Positions 28,691 through 38,284 of a DNA stretch of 64,000 bases are shown in pieces (the first letter of the stretch is position 1; each line of letters starts with the position of its first letter). A model generated the notes under the pieces. It did not search any database, had not been told where the DNA came from, and saw only the letters and a program-made list of their open reading frames with translations. Source of the DNA: an uncultured Christensenella sp. (GTDB taxonomy: Bacteria > Bacillota > Clostridia > Christensenellales > UBA1750); the NCBI GenBank assembly GCA_948468595.1, contig CAOKIU010000002.1:369-64368 (forward strand), read 5' to 3'. Made by a program: the position numbers and the translations under genes.

Positions 28691-29725
28691 ATGCAGGACA
28701 AGCTCAATGAAATCAGAGAATCCGTGCGGAGCACGCTGAATAAGGCCAAAGAATCCTCGCACATTGAGGATCTGCGCGTTCACGTGCTGGGCCGCAAGGG
28801 CGAACTGACCGCCCTGCTCAAGGGCATGGGCAAGCTCAGCCCCGAGGAGCGCCCCGTCGTAGGGCAGAAGGTCAACGCGCTGCGCCAGGAAATCGAGGGC
28901 TGGCTGGACGAAAAGAGCCGGGAGCTCGCCGCGAAGGAGCGTCAGGCGCGCCTGAATGCCGAGACGTTGGACATCTCCATCCCCGGCGATGAGGTAAAGG
29001 TGGGCAACCCCCATCCCCTCTCCACAACGCTGGAAAAGATCATCGATATTTTCGTGGGCATGGGCTTCTCGGTCGCCGAGGGTCCGGAGGTCGAGCTGGA
29101 CCGCTATAACTTCGAACTGCTCAACCTGCCCAAGGATCATCCCGCCAGGGACGCGCAGGATACCTTCTATTTCAACGAAAACATCCTGCTGCGCACCCAC
29201 ACCTCCCCGGTGCAGGCGCGCACCATGCTCGCGCAAAAGCCGCCCATCCGCGTCATTTGCCCGGGGCGCGTCTACCGCGCGGACGAGGTGGACGCCACCC
29301 ACAGCCCGGTCTTCTCCCAGTGCGAGGGCCTTGTCGTGGATGAGGGCGTCACCATGGGCGATCTCAAGGGCACGCTGGATACCTTTGCCCGGGAGCTGTA
29401 CGGCGAGGGCATCCGCACCCGCTTCCGCCCCTCCTTCTTCCCCTTCACCGAGCCCTCTGCCGAGGTGGACGTCACCTGCGCCGCCTGCAAGGGTGAGGGC
29501 TGCCGCATCTGCAAGGGCACCGGCTGGATCGAGATTCTGGGCGCGGGCATGGTCAATCCCCACGTGCTGGAAATGTGCGGCATCGATCCCAAGCGCTACA
29601 CGGGCTTTGCCTTCGGCATCGGCATTGAGCGCGTGACCAACCTAAAGTACAACGTGCCGGATATGCGTCTTTTGTTTGAGAACGACCTGCGGTTCCTTTC
29701 GCAGTTCGGAAAAGGGAGGGTGTAA
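28691..29725 (+). CDS. pheS: Phenylalanyl-tRNA synthetase alpha subunit
   Basis: HPARDAQDTF, LRTHTSPVQ, FPFTEPS and GFAFG. Confidence 0.97.
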   Translation: MQDKLNEIRESVRSTLNKAKESSHIEDLRVHVLGRKGELTALLKGMGKLSPEERPVVGQKVNALRQEIEGWLDEKSRELAAKERQARLNAETLDISIPGDEVKVGNPHPLSTTLEKIIDIFVGMGFSVAEGPEVELDRYNFELLNLPKDHPARDAQDTFYFNENILLRTHTSPVQARTMLAQKPPIRVICPGRVYRADEVDATHSPVFSQCEGLVVDEGVTMGDLKGTLDTFARELYGEGIRTRFRPSFFPFTEPSAEVDVTCAACKGEGCRICKGTGWIEILGAGMVNPHVLEMCGIDPKRYTGFAFGIGIERVTNLKYNVPDMRLLFENDLRFLSQFGKGRV

Positions 29726-29728
29726 ACC

Positions 29729-32125
29729 ATGCTTGTACCGCTTTCTTGGCTGAAGAGATATGTTAAGATCGATCTTTCCTTGGAGGAGTTCGTCCGCCGC
29801 ATGATCATGAGCGGCACCGCGGTGGAAGGCTATGAGGACCTGGGCGCCCAGGTCACCAATGTCGTCGTGGGCAAGATCCTCTCCATCGTCCCGCATCCCA
29901 ATTCCGACCATCTGAACATCTGCCAGGTGGATGTGGGCCAGGAGGCGCCCATCCAAATCGTCACCGGCGCGGACAACATGAGCGAGGGCGACTGCGTCCC
30001 CGTGGCCCTGCACGATTCCCACCTTCCCGGCGGCGTTCACATCAAAAAGGGCAAGCTGCGCGGCGAGGTCTCCAACGGCATGATGTGCTCCGGCGAGGAG
30101 CTGGGCGTGCCCGCGGACGTCTATCCCTCCAATACGGAGCATGGCCTGCTCATCCTCCAGGGCGAGCTCACGCCCGGCCAGGACATTCGTCCCGTGCTGG
30201 GGCTTGACGACGCCGTGATCGACTTTGAGATTCTGGCCAACCGGCCGGACTGCCTTTCGGTGCTGGGCCTTGCGCACGAGGCGGCGGTGGCGGCGGGCCA
30301 TCCCGTTGAGGAGCCGGAAAAGAGCTATACCGCCGCGGGCGGCGACATAGGCGACCTGGTCTCCGTCCAGGTGGAGGACACCGCCCTCTGCCCCCGCTAC
30401 TGCGCAGCCGCCGTCAAGAACATCAAGATCGAGCCCTCCCCGCTCTGGATGCGCCAGGCGCTTCACAAGGCGGGCGTGCGGCCCATCAACAACATCGTGG
30501 ACATCACCAACTTCGTCATGCTGGAGATGGGCCAGCCCATGCACGCTTTTGACCTCAACTCCGTGCGCGGCCGGCGCATCATCGTGCGCCGCGCTCAGCC
30601 GGACGAGCAGATGATGACGCTGGACGGCAAGGACCGCAAGCTGACCGAAAGCATGCTCGTCATTGCGGATGCCGAGGGCGCCACCGGCCTTGCCGGCATC
30701 ATGGGCGGCCAGGAGAGCGAGATCACGGACAACACCCAGCTCGTGCTCTTTGAATCCGCTTGCTTCGACCGCGCGAATATCCGCCAGTCCGGCCGCGCGC
30801 TGGGCATGCGCACCGAGGCGCAGGGCCGCTTTGAGCGCGGCGTGAACGTGCGCCTTTGCCGGGAAGCGCTGGAGCGCGCCCTGCACCTGGTTGAGGAGCT
30901 GGGCGCGGGCGAGATTGTGGAGGGGATCATCGACCTCTACCCCAATCAAGAGCCGCTGCCCACGGTGGAGGCAGAGATCCCCTACTTGCACACCCTCATG
31001 GGCATCCAGGTTCCCGCGCAAAAGATGGTGGAGATTCTGGACTCCCTGGGCATAAAGACCATTCAAAAGGGCGATTCCCTCCTCTGCCAGAGCCCGCTCT
31101 GGCGACAGGACATCGCCTGCGGCGCGGACATTGCCGAGGAAGTGCTGCGCATCTACGGCTATGATCACATCCCCTCCACCCTCATTCGCGGCGAGGCCAT
31201 GGCCGGGCACAACAGCGCGCACCAGAAGCGAGACGCGGCGCTCAGGCGCCTTCTGTGCGGCATGGGCGCCTACGAGGCGCTGACCTATTCCTTCATCAGC
31301 CCCAAGTGGTACGACGCGCTCAACCTCTCCGCGGACGATCCGCTTCGGCTCTCCGCCCAGCTGCTCAATCCCTTGGGCGAGGATTATTCCGTGATGCGCA
31401 CCACGCTCATCCCCTCCATGCTCGGCACCCTGGCCACCAACCTGAGCCGCGGCAACGCGAACGCGGCCTTCTTTGAGATTGGCAAGCGCTTCCTCCCCAA
31501 GTCCCTGCCCCTGACGGAGCTTCCCGAGGAGCGCCCGGTGCTCTGCCTCGGCCTGTATGGTGAAAACGCCACCTTCTACACGCTCAAGGGCATGGTGGAG
31601 GCGCTGTTTAAAGCCTTTGGCATCCAGGATGCTGCCTGGCAGCGCGCACAGGCCCCCTATCTGCACCCCGGCCGCGGCGCGGAGGCGCTCTTTGGCAAGC
31701 GCAGTTTGGGCGTCCTGGGTGAAGTGCATCCCGACGTTGCGGAGAACTTCAAAATCAAGTCCCGCGTCTACGTTGCGGAAATCGATTGGGACGTGCTGGA
31801 CGCGGTCGCCACCGAGGTGGGCCAGGCCAAGGAGATGCCCAAGTTCCCCGCCGTGCAGCGCGACTTCGCCTTTGTGATGAAGGAAGAGGTTCCGGTGGGC
31901 GACGTGATGCGCACCATGCGCCGCGCCGCGGGCGCCCTGTGCGAAGAGGTCAAGCTCTTTGACGTCTATCGCGGCGTGCCCATCCTGCCGGGCGAGAAGT
32001 CCGTCGCCCTTTCCATCGCGCTCAGGGCCGCCGATCACACCCTCACCGAAGAGGAGATCGGCAAGGTCTCCGCAAAAATCGTGGACGCGGTTTCGACGAA
32101 TTACGGCGCACAGTTGCGTTCTTAA
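29729..32125 (+). CDS. pheT: Phenylalanyl-tRNA synthetase beta subunit
   Basis: HPNSDHL, NRPDCLS, VDITNFV, EEVLRIYG and FDVYRG. Confidence 0.97.
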   Translation: MLVPLSWLKRYVKIDLSLEEFVRRMIMSGTAVEGYEDLGAQVTNVVVGKILSIVPHPNSDHLNICQVDVGQEAPIQIVTGADNMSEGDCVPVALHDSHLPGGVHIKKGKLRGEVSNGMMCSGEELGVPADVYPSNTEHGLLILQGELTPGQDIRPVLGLDDAVIDFEILANRPDCLSVLGLAHEAAVAAGHPVEEPEKSYTAAGGDIGDLVSVQVEDTALCPRYCAAAVKNIKIEPSPLWMRQALHKAGVRPINNIVDITNFVMLEMGQPMHAFDLNSVRGRRIIVRRAQPDEQMMTLDGKDRKLTESMLVIADAEGATGLAGIMGGQESEITDNTQLVLFESACFDRANIRQSGRALGMRTEAQGRFERGVNVRLCREALERALHLVEELGAGEIVEGIIDLYPNQEPLPTVEAEIPYLHTLMGIQVPAQKMVEILDSLGIKTIQKGDSLLCQSPLWRQDIACGADIAEEVLRIYGYDHIPSTLIRGEAMAGHNSAHQKRDAALRRLLCGMGAYEALTYSFISPKWYDALNLSADDPLRLSAQLLNPLGEDYSVMRTTLIPSMLGTLATNLSRGNANAAFFEIGKRFLPKSLPLTELPEERPVLCLGLYGENATFYTLKGMVEALFKAFGIQDAAWQRAQAPYLHPGRGAEALFGKRSLGVLGEVHPDVAENFKIKSRVYVAEIDWDVLDAVATEVGQAKEMPKFPAVQRDFAFVMKEEVPVGDVMRTMRRAAGALCEEVKLFDVYRGVPILPGEKSVALSIALRAADHTLTEEEIGKVSAKIVDAVSTNYGAQLRS

Positions 32126-32177
32126 GCAAAAGCGGGTATAATAGGGATGCGCGCGAACGCGATAAGGAGGGACGAAG

Positions 32178-32471
32178 ATGGAGAAAAACAAAGCCGTGGT
32201 CACGGTACACGGCAGAGAATACACCCTCGTCGGCGCCGAGCCTCCGGAGTACATGCAGCGCGTGGCCGCGTATGTGGATCGCCGCATGTCGGAGATTTCG
32301 TACTCATCCTATCTATCGGACGAACGGCTGATGGCGCTTACCGCGCTCAACCTGGCGGACGAACTGCTCAAGAGCAAAGACGAGGTCAGCGCCATTCGCA
32401 AGGAACTGACGCTGATGCGTCAAGCGCTGCACAAGGCGGAGCTGGAAGCCAAAAAAAGTGAAAAAAAGTAA
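32178..32471 (+). CDS. zapA: Cell division protein ZapA
   Basis: V.V.GREYTL..EY...VA.YVD..M, LTALNLADEL and a coiled coil. Confidence 0.9.
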   Translation: MEKNKAVVTVHGREYTLVGAEPPEYMQRVAAYVDRRMSEISYSSYLSDERLMALTALNLADELLKSKDEVSAIRKELTLMRQALHKAELEAKKSEKK

Positions 32472-32482
32472 CCCAAAGCATT

Positions 32483-32514
32483 AAAAAACGGGGCCGGATC
32501 GGCCCCGTTTTTTC
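32483..32514. terminator. Bidirectional terminator
   Basis: AAAAAACGGGGCCG-GAT-CGGCCCCGTTTTTT. Confidence 0.85.
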
Positions 32515-32598
32515 TGTTTCGTGGAACGTCGGCGGTCAATCGCCGCACAAACGCCGCTCCACTCCGCCGCCCAATGCCGAAGCACATGGCGCGCCGCT

Positions 32599-33999
32599 TT
32601 AGCTCCACAGGCGGTCGTAGCTGTATTCCTTGTCCCACTCCTCGGTGGAGACCCAAATGTCGGGCGATCCCTTCCACTGGTGCTGGCGAAGCACCTCGTC
32701 GTTGAAGTCGTCCATGCCCAGGCCGGGCTTGTCGTTGGGCCGCATGGTGCCGTTCTGGATCAACGGCTCATCCAGGCCGGTCACAATGTCCTGCCAATAG
32801 TCGTCGTCCGGCGCGTTGAACTCCATGGCAAAGAAGTTCTCCGTCGCAACGCCGGCGTGCGTGGTGGCAAGGGCCGCCACCGGCGTCTCGCACATGTGCA
32901 TGGCCATGGCCGTCTTGTACTTCTGGGCCATGTCGCCCATCTTCTTCGTCTCCAGGATGCCGCCGTTGGAGCAAATATCGGGGTGAATCACGGCAACGGC
33001 GCGCCGCTGGCAGAGGGGCTCGAAGCTCTCGGTGAGGTAGGCGTCCTCTCCGGTGGCCAGGGGCGTGGTGGTGTACTCGCGCAGCTGCGCGTACTCATCC
33101 ACCATATACCAGGGCAAAACGTCCTCCGCCCACATCAGGTTGTATTTCTCCAACCGCTTGAGCAGGCGTTTGGCGTCGTCCAGGCCCAGGTGTCCCAGGT
33201 GGTCGATGGCCAGCGGCGTGCGCCAGCCCAGCACCTCGCGCATCTGCGCGATGTGCTCCTCGTAGCGGTCGAGGCCGCGGTCGGTCACGCGCAACATGGT
33301 GTAGGGATGCTCCGTGTAGAGGTAGTCGTTCATCTTGCGCTCGGCGGGCTTGTCCGCCACCAGCGCAAGGCCCGTCACGGGGTCGGTCGCCTGGGAATTC
33401 TCAGGCTTGTGCAGGATGCTCTCCATGAAGTCCGGCGGGGCGATGACGATATCCTCATCGGGGTGGCGCTTGGCCACGTCCTCAATGCCCAGCACGGTCT
33501 TGCACATCTTGAATCCAAAGCGATCCATGCGCTCCTTGATGGCCTTGGCCTGGGTGATGCCGTTTTCGCGCAGGTGGGGCGGAGTGCGGCCCTGATCGCA
33601 GTACATGCGCACGCAGTCGCGGAACTTGCCGCCCAGCATGCGGTAGACGGGAATGCCGTAGGCCTTGCCCGCCAGATCCCACAGGGCGATCTCCAAGCCG
33701 CTGACGCCGCCGCCCTGCCGGGACTGGCCGCCGAACTGCTTGATTTTGCGGAACAGGCGGTCCACGTCGCAGGGATTCTCGCCCAGAAGGCGGCTCTTGA
33801 GCATAGCGGCATAGGTGGCGGAGGCGCCGTCGCGCACCTCGCCCATGCCCACCAGGCCCTGGTTGGTATAGATTTTCACAAGAATGCAGTGCATCGAGGC
33901 GGCGGTGACGTGCGCAAAGCGAATATCGGTGATTTTGAGCTCGCTGGGCTTGGAATACGTGCGCACATGCGCCAGCGTCTCGTCATAAGGTCTATCCAT
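32599..33999 (-). CDS. Mandelate racemase/muconate lactonizing (enolase superfamily) protein
   Basis: G.GEVRD, ALWDLAGK..G.PVYRMLGG, IDH, WAED, TGED and HPD. Confidence 0.9.
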   Translation of the reverse strand: MDRPYDETLAHVRTYSKPSELKITDIRFAHVTAASMHCILVKIYTNQGLVGMGEVRDGASATYAAMLKSRLLGENPCDVDRLFRKIKQFGGQSRQGGGVSGLEIALWDLAGKAYGIPVYRMLGGKFRDCVRMYCDQGRTPPHLRENGITQAKAIKERMDRFGFKMCKTVLGIEDVAKRHPDEDIVIAPPDFMESILHKPENSQATDPVTGLALVADKPAERKMNDYLYTEHPYTMLRVTDRGLDRYEEHIAQMREVLGWRTPLAIDHLGHLGLDDAKRLLKRLEKYNLMWAEDVLPWYMVDEYAQLREYTTTPLATGEDAYLTESFEPLCQRRAVAVIHPDICSNGGILETKKMGDMAQKYKTAMAMHMCETPVAALATTHAGVATENFFAMEFNAPDDDYWQDIVTGLDEPLIQNGTMRPNDKPGLGMDDFNDEVLRQHQWKGSPDIWVSTEEWDKEYSYDRLWS

Positions 34000-34182
34000 G
34001 GATAAACGGCCTCCTTCTCTGTTTTTCTCCATTATAGCCCTTTTTGCCGCGCAGGGAAAGCCGTGCTGCGCAATATTGGGCGCGGCGTTCCGCATACCGC
34101 ACCGAGCAGGCGGGCGGCGCGATATGCGGGTGTAATCGTTCTTCCATTGCGCCCTCGCGCTCCCACCGCCCTCTCCCCCGCC

Positions 34183-34395
34183 CTAATGCCGCGTGCGCTG
34201 GTCTGTCAGCCCAATGGGATAATCTACGCTCGTCTCAAAGAGCTCCGCCAGCGCCACCAACCTCCGAATTTTTGGCCTTCGCCGCCCCTGCTCCAACGCC
34301 CCATAGGTCCGCATGCTGACCTCCAGATACTCCGCCACCTGCTTTTGCGTCAGCCCCTTCTCCTGGCGAAGGGCGCGAATCCGATCATATACCAA
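34183..34395 (-). CDS. Xre-family HTH regulator
   Basis: IRALRQEKGLTQKQVAEYL...EQGRRRP...LAELFETSVDY; TTG start after AAGGAGG. Confidence 0.8.
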   Translation of the reverse strand: MVYDRIRALRQEKGLTQKQVAEYLEVSMRTYGALEQGRRRPKIRRLVALAELFETSVDYPIGLTDQRTRH

Positions 34396-34419
34396 GCATA
34401 TTCCTCCTTTAAGCCCTTG

Positions 34420-34527
34420 TTAACTCTTTTGAGTCAATTTTATCTCTTCACTTCGCATAAGTCAACTCAATTGAGTTAACTTTTCTTTTGAAATTTTCTT
34501 ACACTGTATTTAGCTCAATTGAGCAAA
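34420..34527. promoter_or_regulatory. Three palindromic operators and divergent promoters
   Basis: TTAACTC-TTTT-GAGTCAA (34420), TCAACTC-AATT-GAGTTAA (34462) and TTAGCTC-AATT-GAGCAAA (34510); leftward TTGACT-17-TAAAAT. Confidence 0.75.
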
Positions 34528-34541
34528 GCGGAGGTAAGAAT

Positions 34542-34784
34542 ATGAACGTTGGAAAGGCTGTTAAAGCGAGGATTTTAGACCTATGCTCACAACGCAATAT
34601 TACGATCAACAAATTGGGGACGATAAGCGGTGTATCGCAATCAACCATCAACAACCTTTTAAGTGGGAGGAACTATAGCATGACGGTCGCAACCGTCAAA
34701 AAACTATGCGATGGCTTGAGCATCTCTCTTGCAGAGTTTTTTAGCAGTCCCATTTTCGATGATTTGCCACAAGAAATCAAATAA
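34542..34784 (+). CDS. Xre-family HTH regulator, AT-rich
   Basis: RI..LC..RNITINKL..SGVSQSTI...TVKKLCDGL.ISL.EFF; GGAGG RBS. Confidence 0.85.
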   Translation: MNVGKAVKARILDLCSQRNITINKLGTISGVSQSTINNLLSGRNYSMTVATVKKLCDGLSISLAEFFSSPIFDDLPQEIK

Positions 34785-34823
34785 AAGGGAGTATGCCTAT
34801 TCGGCACACTCCCTTCGGTTGCT

Positions 34824-35654
34824 TTACTTTAGTATCTGATTGATGAACTCCAATTCCGTCTGGAACAGCTTCTCCGCCGCCATGGGTTCGTTGTGCAGCT
34901 CGTGGAAAGCGTCGGGGAACTCCGCATACTCAACCCCCGGCGCGCTGCGGGCAAAGGCGCGGCTGCCCTCCACCGAGCAGATGGGGTCCTGCTCGCCATG
35001 GCAGAGCAGCAGCGGCACATTCAGCTCCTCGGGGTGCGCGAGCACCCAATCGGCAGCGCGATCCGCATCCCCGGCCAGCGCAAGGCCGATGCGGCCGTGG
35101 TTGTAGGGGTCCACGTCGTATTGCGCGCAAACCGCCGGATCATGGGAGAGCGCGGAGGAGGGAATGCCGTTGGCTATGGAAAAGGGCGCGAGCACGCCGC
35201 TCAGGCCGCGAACGGCGCCAAAGAGCGCCTTGGGCGGCGGGTTGACCAGCAGGAGCCAGGGGCTGGTGATGATGGCGCCCACAACGGGCGGCTTGGCGTG
35301 CAAGGTGGTGTACAGCCCCACCAGCCCGCCCAGCGAATGTCCGAATTGAATGATGGGCAATCCGGTCTCCCGCTTGGCGTAATCGATCATGGCGACCATG
35401 TCGCTCTCCAGGTCCGCCATGCGGGCAATGCCGCGCTGGCTCTTCTTTTCGACATTGCGGCCGTGGCCGCGATGGTCATGCACATAGACCGTCACGCCGT
35501 TCTGGTTCATAAACGCGGCAAACCTTTGGTACCGGTCGCCATGTTCGCCCAGGCCGTGCGCCACGCACAGCGCCGCGCGGGGTTCGACCGCGACAAACGC
35601 GCGCGCGAACAGGCGCGTCCCGTCCCGACAGGGGAGCATAAACTCTTTTCGCAT
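34824..35654 (-). CDS. Alpha/beta hydrolase (lysophospholipase/monoacylglycerol lipase-like)
   Basis: HGLGEH, DHRGHG, GHSLGG, HGEQD and HELHNE. Confidence 0.9.
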   Translation of the reverse strand: MRKEFMLPCRDGTRLFARAFVAVEPRAALCVAHGLGEHGDRYQRFAAFMNQNGVTVYVHDHRGHGRNVEKKSQRGIARMADLESDMVAMIDYAKRETGLPIIQFGHSLGGLVGLYTTLHAKPPVVGAIITSPWLLLVNPPPKALFGAVRGLSGVLAPFSIANGIPSSALSHDPAVCAQYDVDPYNHGRIGLALAGDADRAADWVLAHPEELNVPLLLCHGEQDPICSVEGSRAFARSAPGVEYAEFPDAFHELHNEPMAAEKLFQTELEFINQILK

Positions 35655-35681
35655 ACTTCCGCTCCTTTTCGATCGCGCCTG

Positions 35682-35969
35682 TTACCGCCGCTCCGCTCTC
35701 TTACCCGTTTCAGCAAAGCCGGTGCTCAGCAGCGCGGCAACAGCCTGCATGGCCTCTCTCTCGTCCGCGCCGTTGACGGTGAGCGTCACGCGGTCGTGAA
35801 TGCCCACGCCCAAGGAAAGCACGCCCATCATGGATTTGGCGTTGATGATCTTGGTTCCCTGTTCAATGAGGATCTGCGCGCGGTAACGGCAGGCCACCTG
35901 GACCAACTGGGCCGCGGATTTGGCGTCCAGGCCGTCGCGGTTGGCGATGACGATGTCTTGCTCTAGCAT
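35682..35969 (-). CDS. HPr/Crh-like protein lacking His15
   Basis: GLDAKSA in place of GLHARPA; NAKSMMG (Ser46) and GADE are retained. Confidence 0.85.
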   Translation of the reverse strand: MLEQDIVIANRDGLDAKSAAQLVQVACRYRAQILIEQGTKIINAKSMMGVLSLGVGIHDRVTLTVNGADEREAMQAVAALLSTGFAETGKRAERR

Positions 35970-35976
35970 TATCGAG

Positions 35977-36927
35977 TCATTCCCCTTTCTGCTTTTGCAT
36001 CTCCTGGGCTATTTCGATCAGTTTCCGCAGCCGGTGATTGACCGCGCTCTTGCTGATGGGGGGAATAAAGCACTCCCCCAGTTCCTTCATGGGCGTCTCC
36101 GGGTATTCCATCCGCTTTTCAGCCATCTGACGCAGGTGGCGGGGCAGCTTGGCAAAGCCCATCTTCTCTTCAATGATGCGGATGGCGTCAATCTGCCGCT
36201 GCGAGGCGTTCATCGTCTTGTCGACGTTGGCGCTGTCGCAGTTGGTGGCGCGGTTGACGTTGTTGCGCATGTTTTTTTTGATGCGCACATCCTCAATGGC
36301 AAAGAGCGCCTTGTGCGCGCCCATGCGATTTAAACACTCTACGATGGATTCGCTCTCCTTCAAGTATATCACAAAGCTCTCCCGCCTGGGAATCATCTTG
36401 GCGGGGATTTCCAGCTTATTTATAAAATTAGACAGCGATTGCGCGTATTCCTCCGAGGCGGAGGTGATTTCCAGGTGATAGGCCTTGCCGGGGTCGGATA
36501 AGGTGCCGGTGGCCAGGAACGCGCCGCGCAGGTAGGCATGGCGGCAGCAGGTCTTGCGCAGGAGCGAGAGCGGCACCGCCCGGCTGATGCGCACACCCTC
36601 CTCCGTCTCCCGCATCAGCCCCGTCTCCATCAGGATCTCGGGCACGCGGCAGTCCTGACCCAGCACCACGTGGTATACGTTGCGCTTGCCCAGGCGCTTG
36701 CGCAGCTGCGTGCGCACCTCCGGGCTTACGGCAAAGCACTCCTTGCACAGGGAGAAAATGCGCCGCGCCACCGCGGGGGATTCGGTGGTCATCACCATGG
36801 ACTGGCCGCCCCGCTGGATGCGCAGCGTGCCGATGCCATGGATGAAGGCGGCAAGCTCCGCCCGCTTGCAGCAGGGCTTATCGGCGATCTGGCACAGCTC
36901 CTGCTTGGTGTCCGACGAAAACGACAT
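35977..36927 (-). CDS. whiA: DNA-binding protein WhiA
   Basis: MSFSS..K.EL, YLRGAFL..G..SDP..YHLE, NR..NCD.AN and SKSAVNHRLRK. Confidence 0.95.
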   Translation of the reverse strand: MSFSSDTKQELCQIADKPCCKRAELAAFIHGIGTLRIQRGGQSMVMTTESPAVARRIFSLCKECFAVSPEVRTQLRKRLGKRNVYHVVLGQDCRVPEILMETGLMRETEEGVRISRAVPLSLLRKTCCRHAYLRGAFLATGTLSDPGKAYHLEITSASEEYAQSLSNFINKLEIPAKMIPRRESFVIYLKESESIVECLNRMGAHKALFAIEDVRIKKNMRNNVNRATNCDSANVDKTMNASQRQIDAIRIIEEKMGFAKLPRHLRQMAEKRMEYPETPMKELGECFIPPISKSAVNHRLRKLIEIAQEMQKQKGE

Positions 36928-36946
36928 GGCACTTCTCTCATTTCCA

Positions 36947-37807
36947 TTATTTTTCCAGTACGGTATCCCGGTGCGATACGGCGCAGTGGAAGCCCGCCTG
37001 GTTTAGCCCCTGATAAATCTCCTGGGCCAGGCAAACGCTGCGGTGCTGGCCGCCGGTACAGCCGATGCCGATCACCAGCCGGTCCTTTCCCTCGGAGACG
37101 TAGTGCGGGATGAGGAACTTGAGCATATCCAGCGTCTTTTCCACAAAAATGCGGCTCTCGATAAAGCTCATCACATAAGCGCGCACCGGCTCGTCCGTGC
37201 CGTTCATGGGCCGCATCTCGGGGATGTAGAAGGGATTGGGGATGAACCGCACGTCCAGGATCAGATCCGCATCCTGCGGCAGGCCATGCTTAAACCCAAA
37301 GGAGAGAACGTTGACCGACAGCGCCTTATCCACATCCCCGTCGCCGTAGAGGCGCAGCAGCGTCTCGCGCAGCTGCCGGGTGAGCATGGTGGTGGTATCG
37401 ATGACGCGCGTGGCGCGCTGCTCCATGCCGCGCAGCATCTGCCGCTCTTTTTGAATGTTCTGGATCAGCATCGTGTCGCTGCCCATGGGATGGGCGCGGC
37501 GCGTCTCCTTGTAGCGGCGGATGAGCTCCTCGTCCGAGGCGTTGAGGTAGATGATGTCGTAATGGATGTCCATGCGCCGCAGCTCGTCCAGGGCGTCGTC
37601 CGTCTCCCCGAAAAACGCGCCGCTGCGCGTGTCAATGCCCAAGGCCACCTTATCGATCTCGCCGTCGTGATCCACGCACAGCTTCGCCATGTTGGGAATC
37701 AGCATCGGCGGCAGGTTGTCCACGCAGTAAAACCCCATGTCCTCCAGCGCGTGCAGCGCCTGGGACTTGCCCGCGCCGGAAAGGCCCGTGACCACGACCA
37801 ACTTCAT
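36947..37807 (-). CDS. rapZ: RNase adapter RapZ/YvcJ
   Basis: GLSGAGKS, CVDNLPP, DTRS, SFGFKHG, DVRFIPNP and GCTGGQHRS. Confidence 0.95.
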   Translation of the reverse strand: MKLVVVTGLSGAGKSQALHALEDMGFYCVDNLPPMLIPNMAKLCVDHDGEIDKVALGIDTRSGAFFGETDDALDELRRMDIHYDIIYLNASDEELIRRYKETRRAHPMGSDTMLIQNIQKERQMLRGMEQRATRVIDTTTMLTRQLRETLLRLYGDGDVDKALSVNVLSFGFKHGLPQDADLILDVRFIPNPFYIPEMRPMNGTDEPVRAYVMSFIESRIFVEKTLDMLKFLIPHYVSEGKDRLVIGIGCTGGQHRSVCLAQEIYQGLNQAGFHCAVSHRDTVLEK

Positions 37808-37842
37808 ATCGCCCGCTCCTTCCACACTCTCTTCTTTCCCCG

Positions 37843-38256
37843 CTACCCTTGCAGCTTCCTTTTGAGGATCGCCGCAATGTCCCGTGCCTGCTCGGGGGTT
37901 GTCACGCGGTAGTGTATCCACCCGCCGTCGCCGCAGGGGTATCTGCGGTCGATGACCCCTTGGGCATAGGGGGAAAGCTGAGGGTAAACCTCGAAAAACT
38001 GCTCGTCCTTTAGGCGAACCATCACGGTAAAGGCCCCGTTTTCGGCAAATACATCGCAGACGTGCTTGTTCTTTTTGCGATGCTCCACGCCCCAGCCATA
38101 GTTCTTGCCGTAGGGAAAGCGGATGCTGGTCTGGGTGCTCCAATCCCTTTCCATCTTTTCGTTCAGCGCCGCAAACAGCGCGCCCGTCTCGCCGCAGACG
38201 GCCGCCATTTCCTCCCGCGTGGGCGGGGTCTGCTTGTCCAGCATTCTTTCGTACAT
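37843..38256 (-). CDS. DUF3788-like protein
   Basis: ERMLDK..PT, RFPYGKNYGW, F.E.GAFTV and GDGGWI.YRV. Confidence 0.7.
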   Translation of the reverse strand: MYERMLDKQTPPTREEMAAVCGETGALFAALNEKMERDWSTQTSIRFPYGKNYGWGVEHRKKNKHVCDVFAENGAFTVMVRLKDEQFFEVYPQLSPYAQGVIDRRYPCGDGGWIHYRVTTPEQARDIAAILKRKLQG

Positions 38257-38284
38257 GAAAAGAACCCCCTTTTTGGTCCTTCCC

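Noticed and set aside
32472-32598. Possible 6S RNA downstream of zapA
   Set aside because: The space is short and occupied by a terminator. No 6S-like long duplex with a central bubble.
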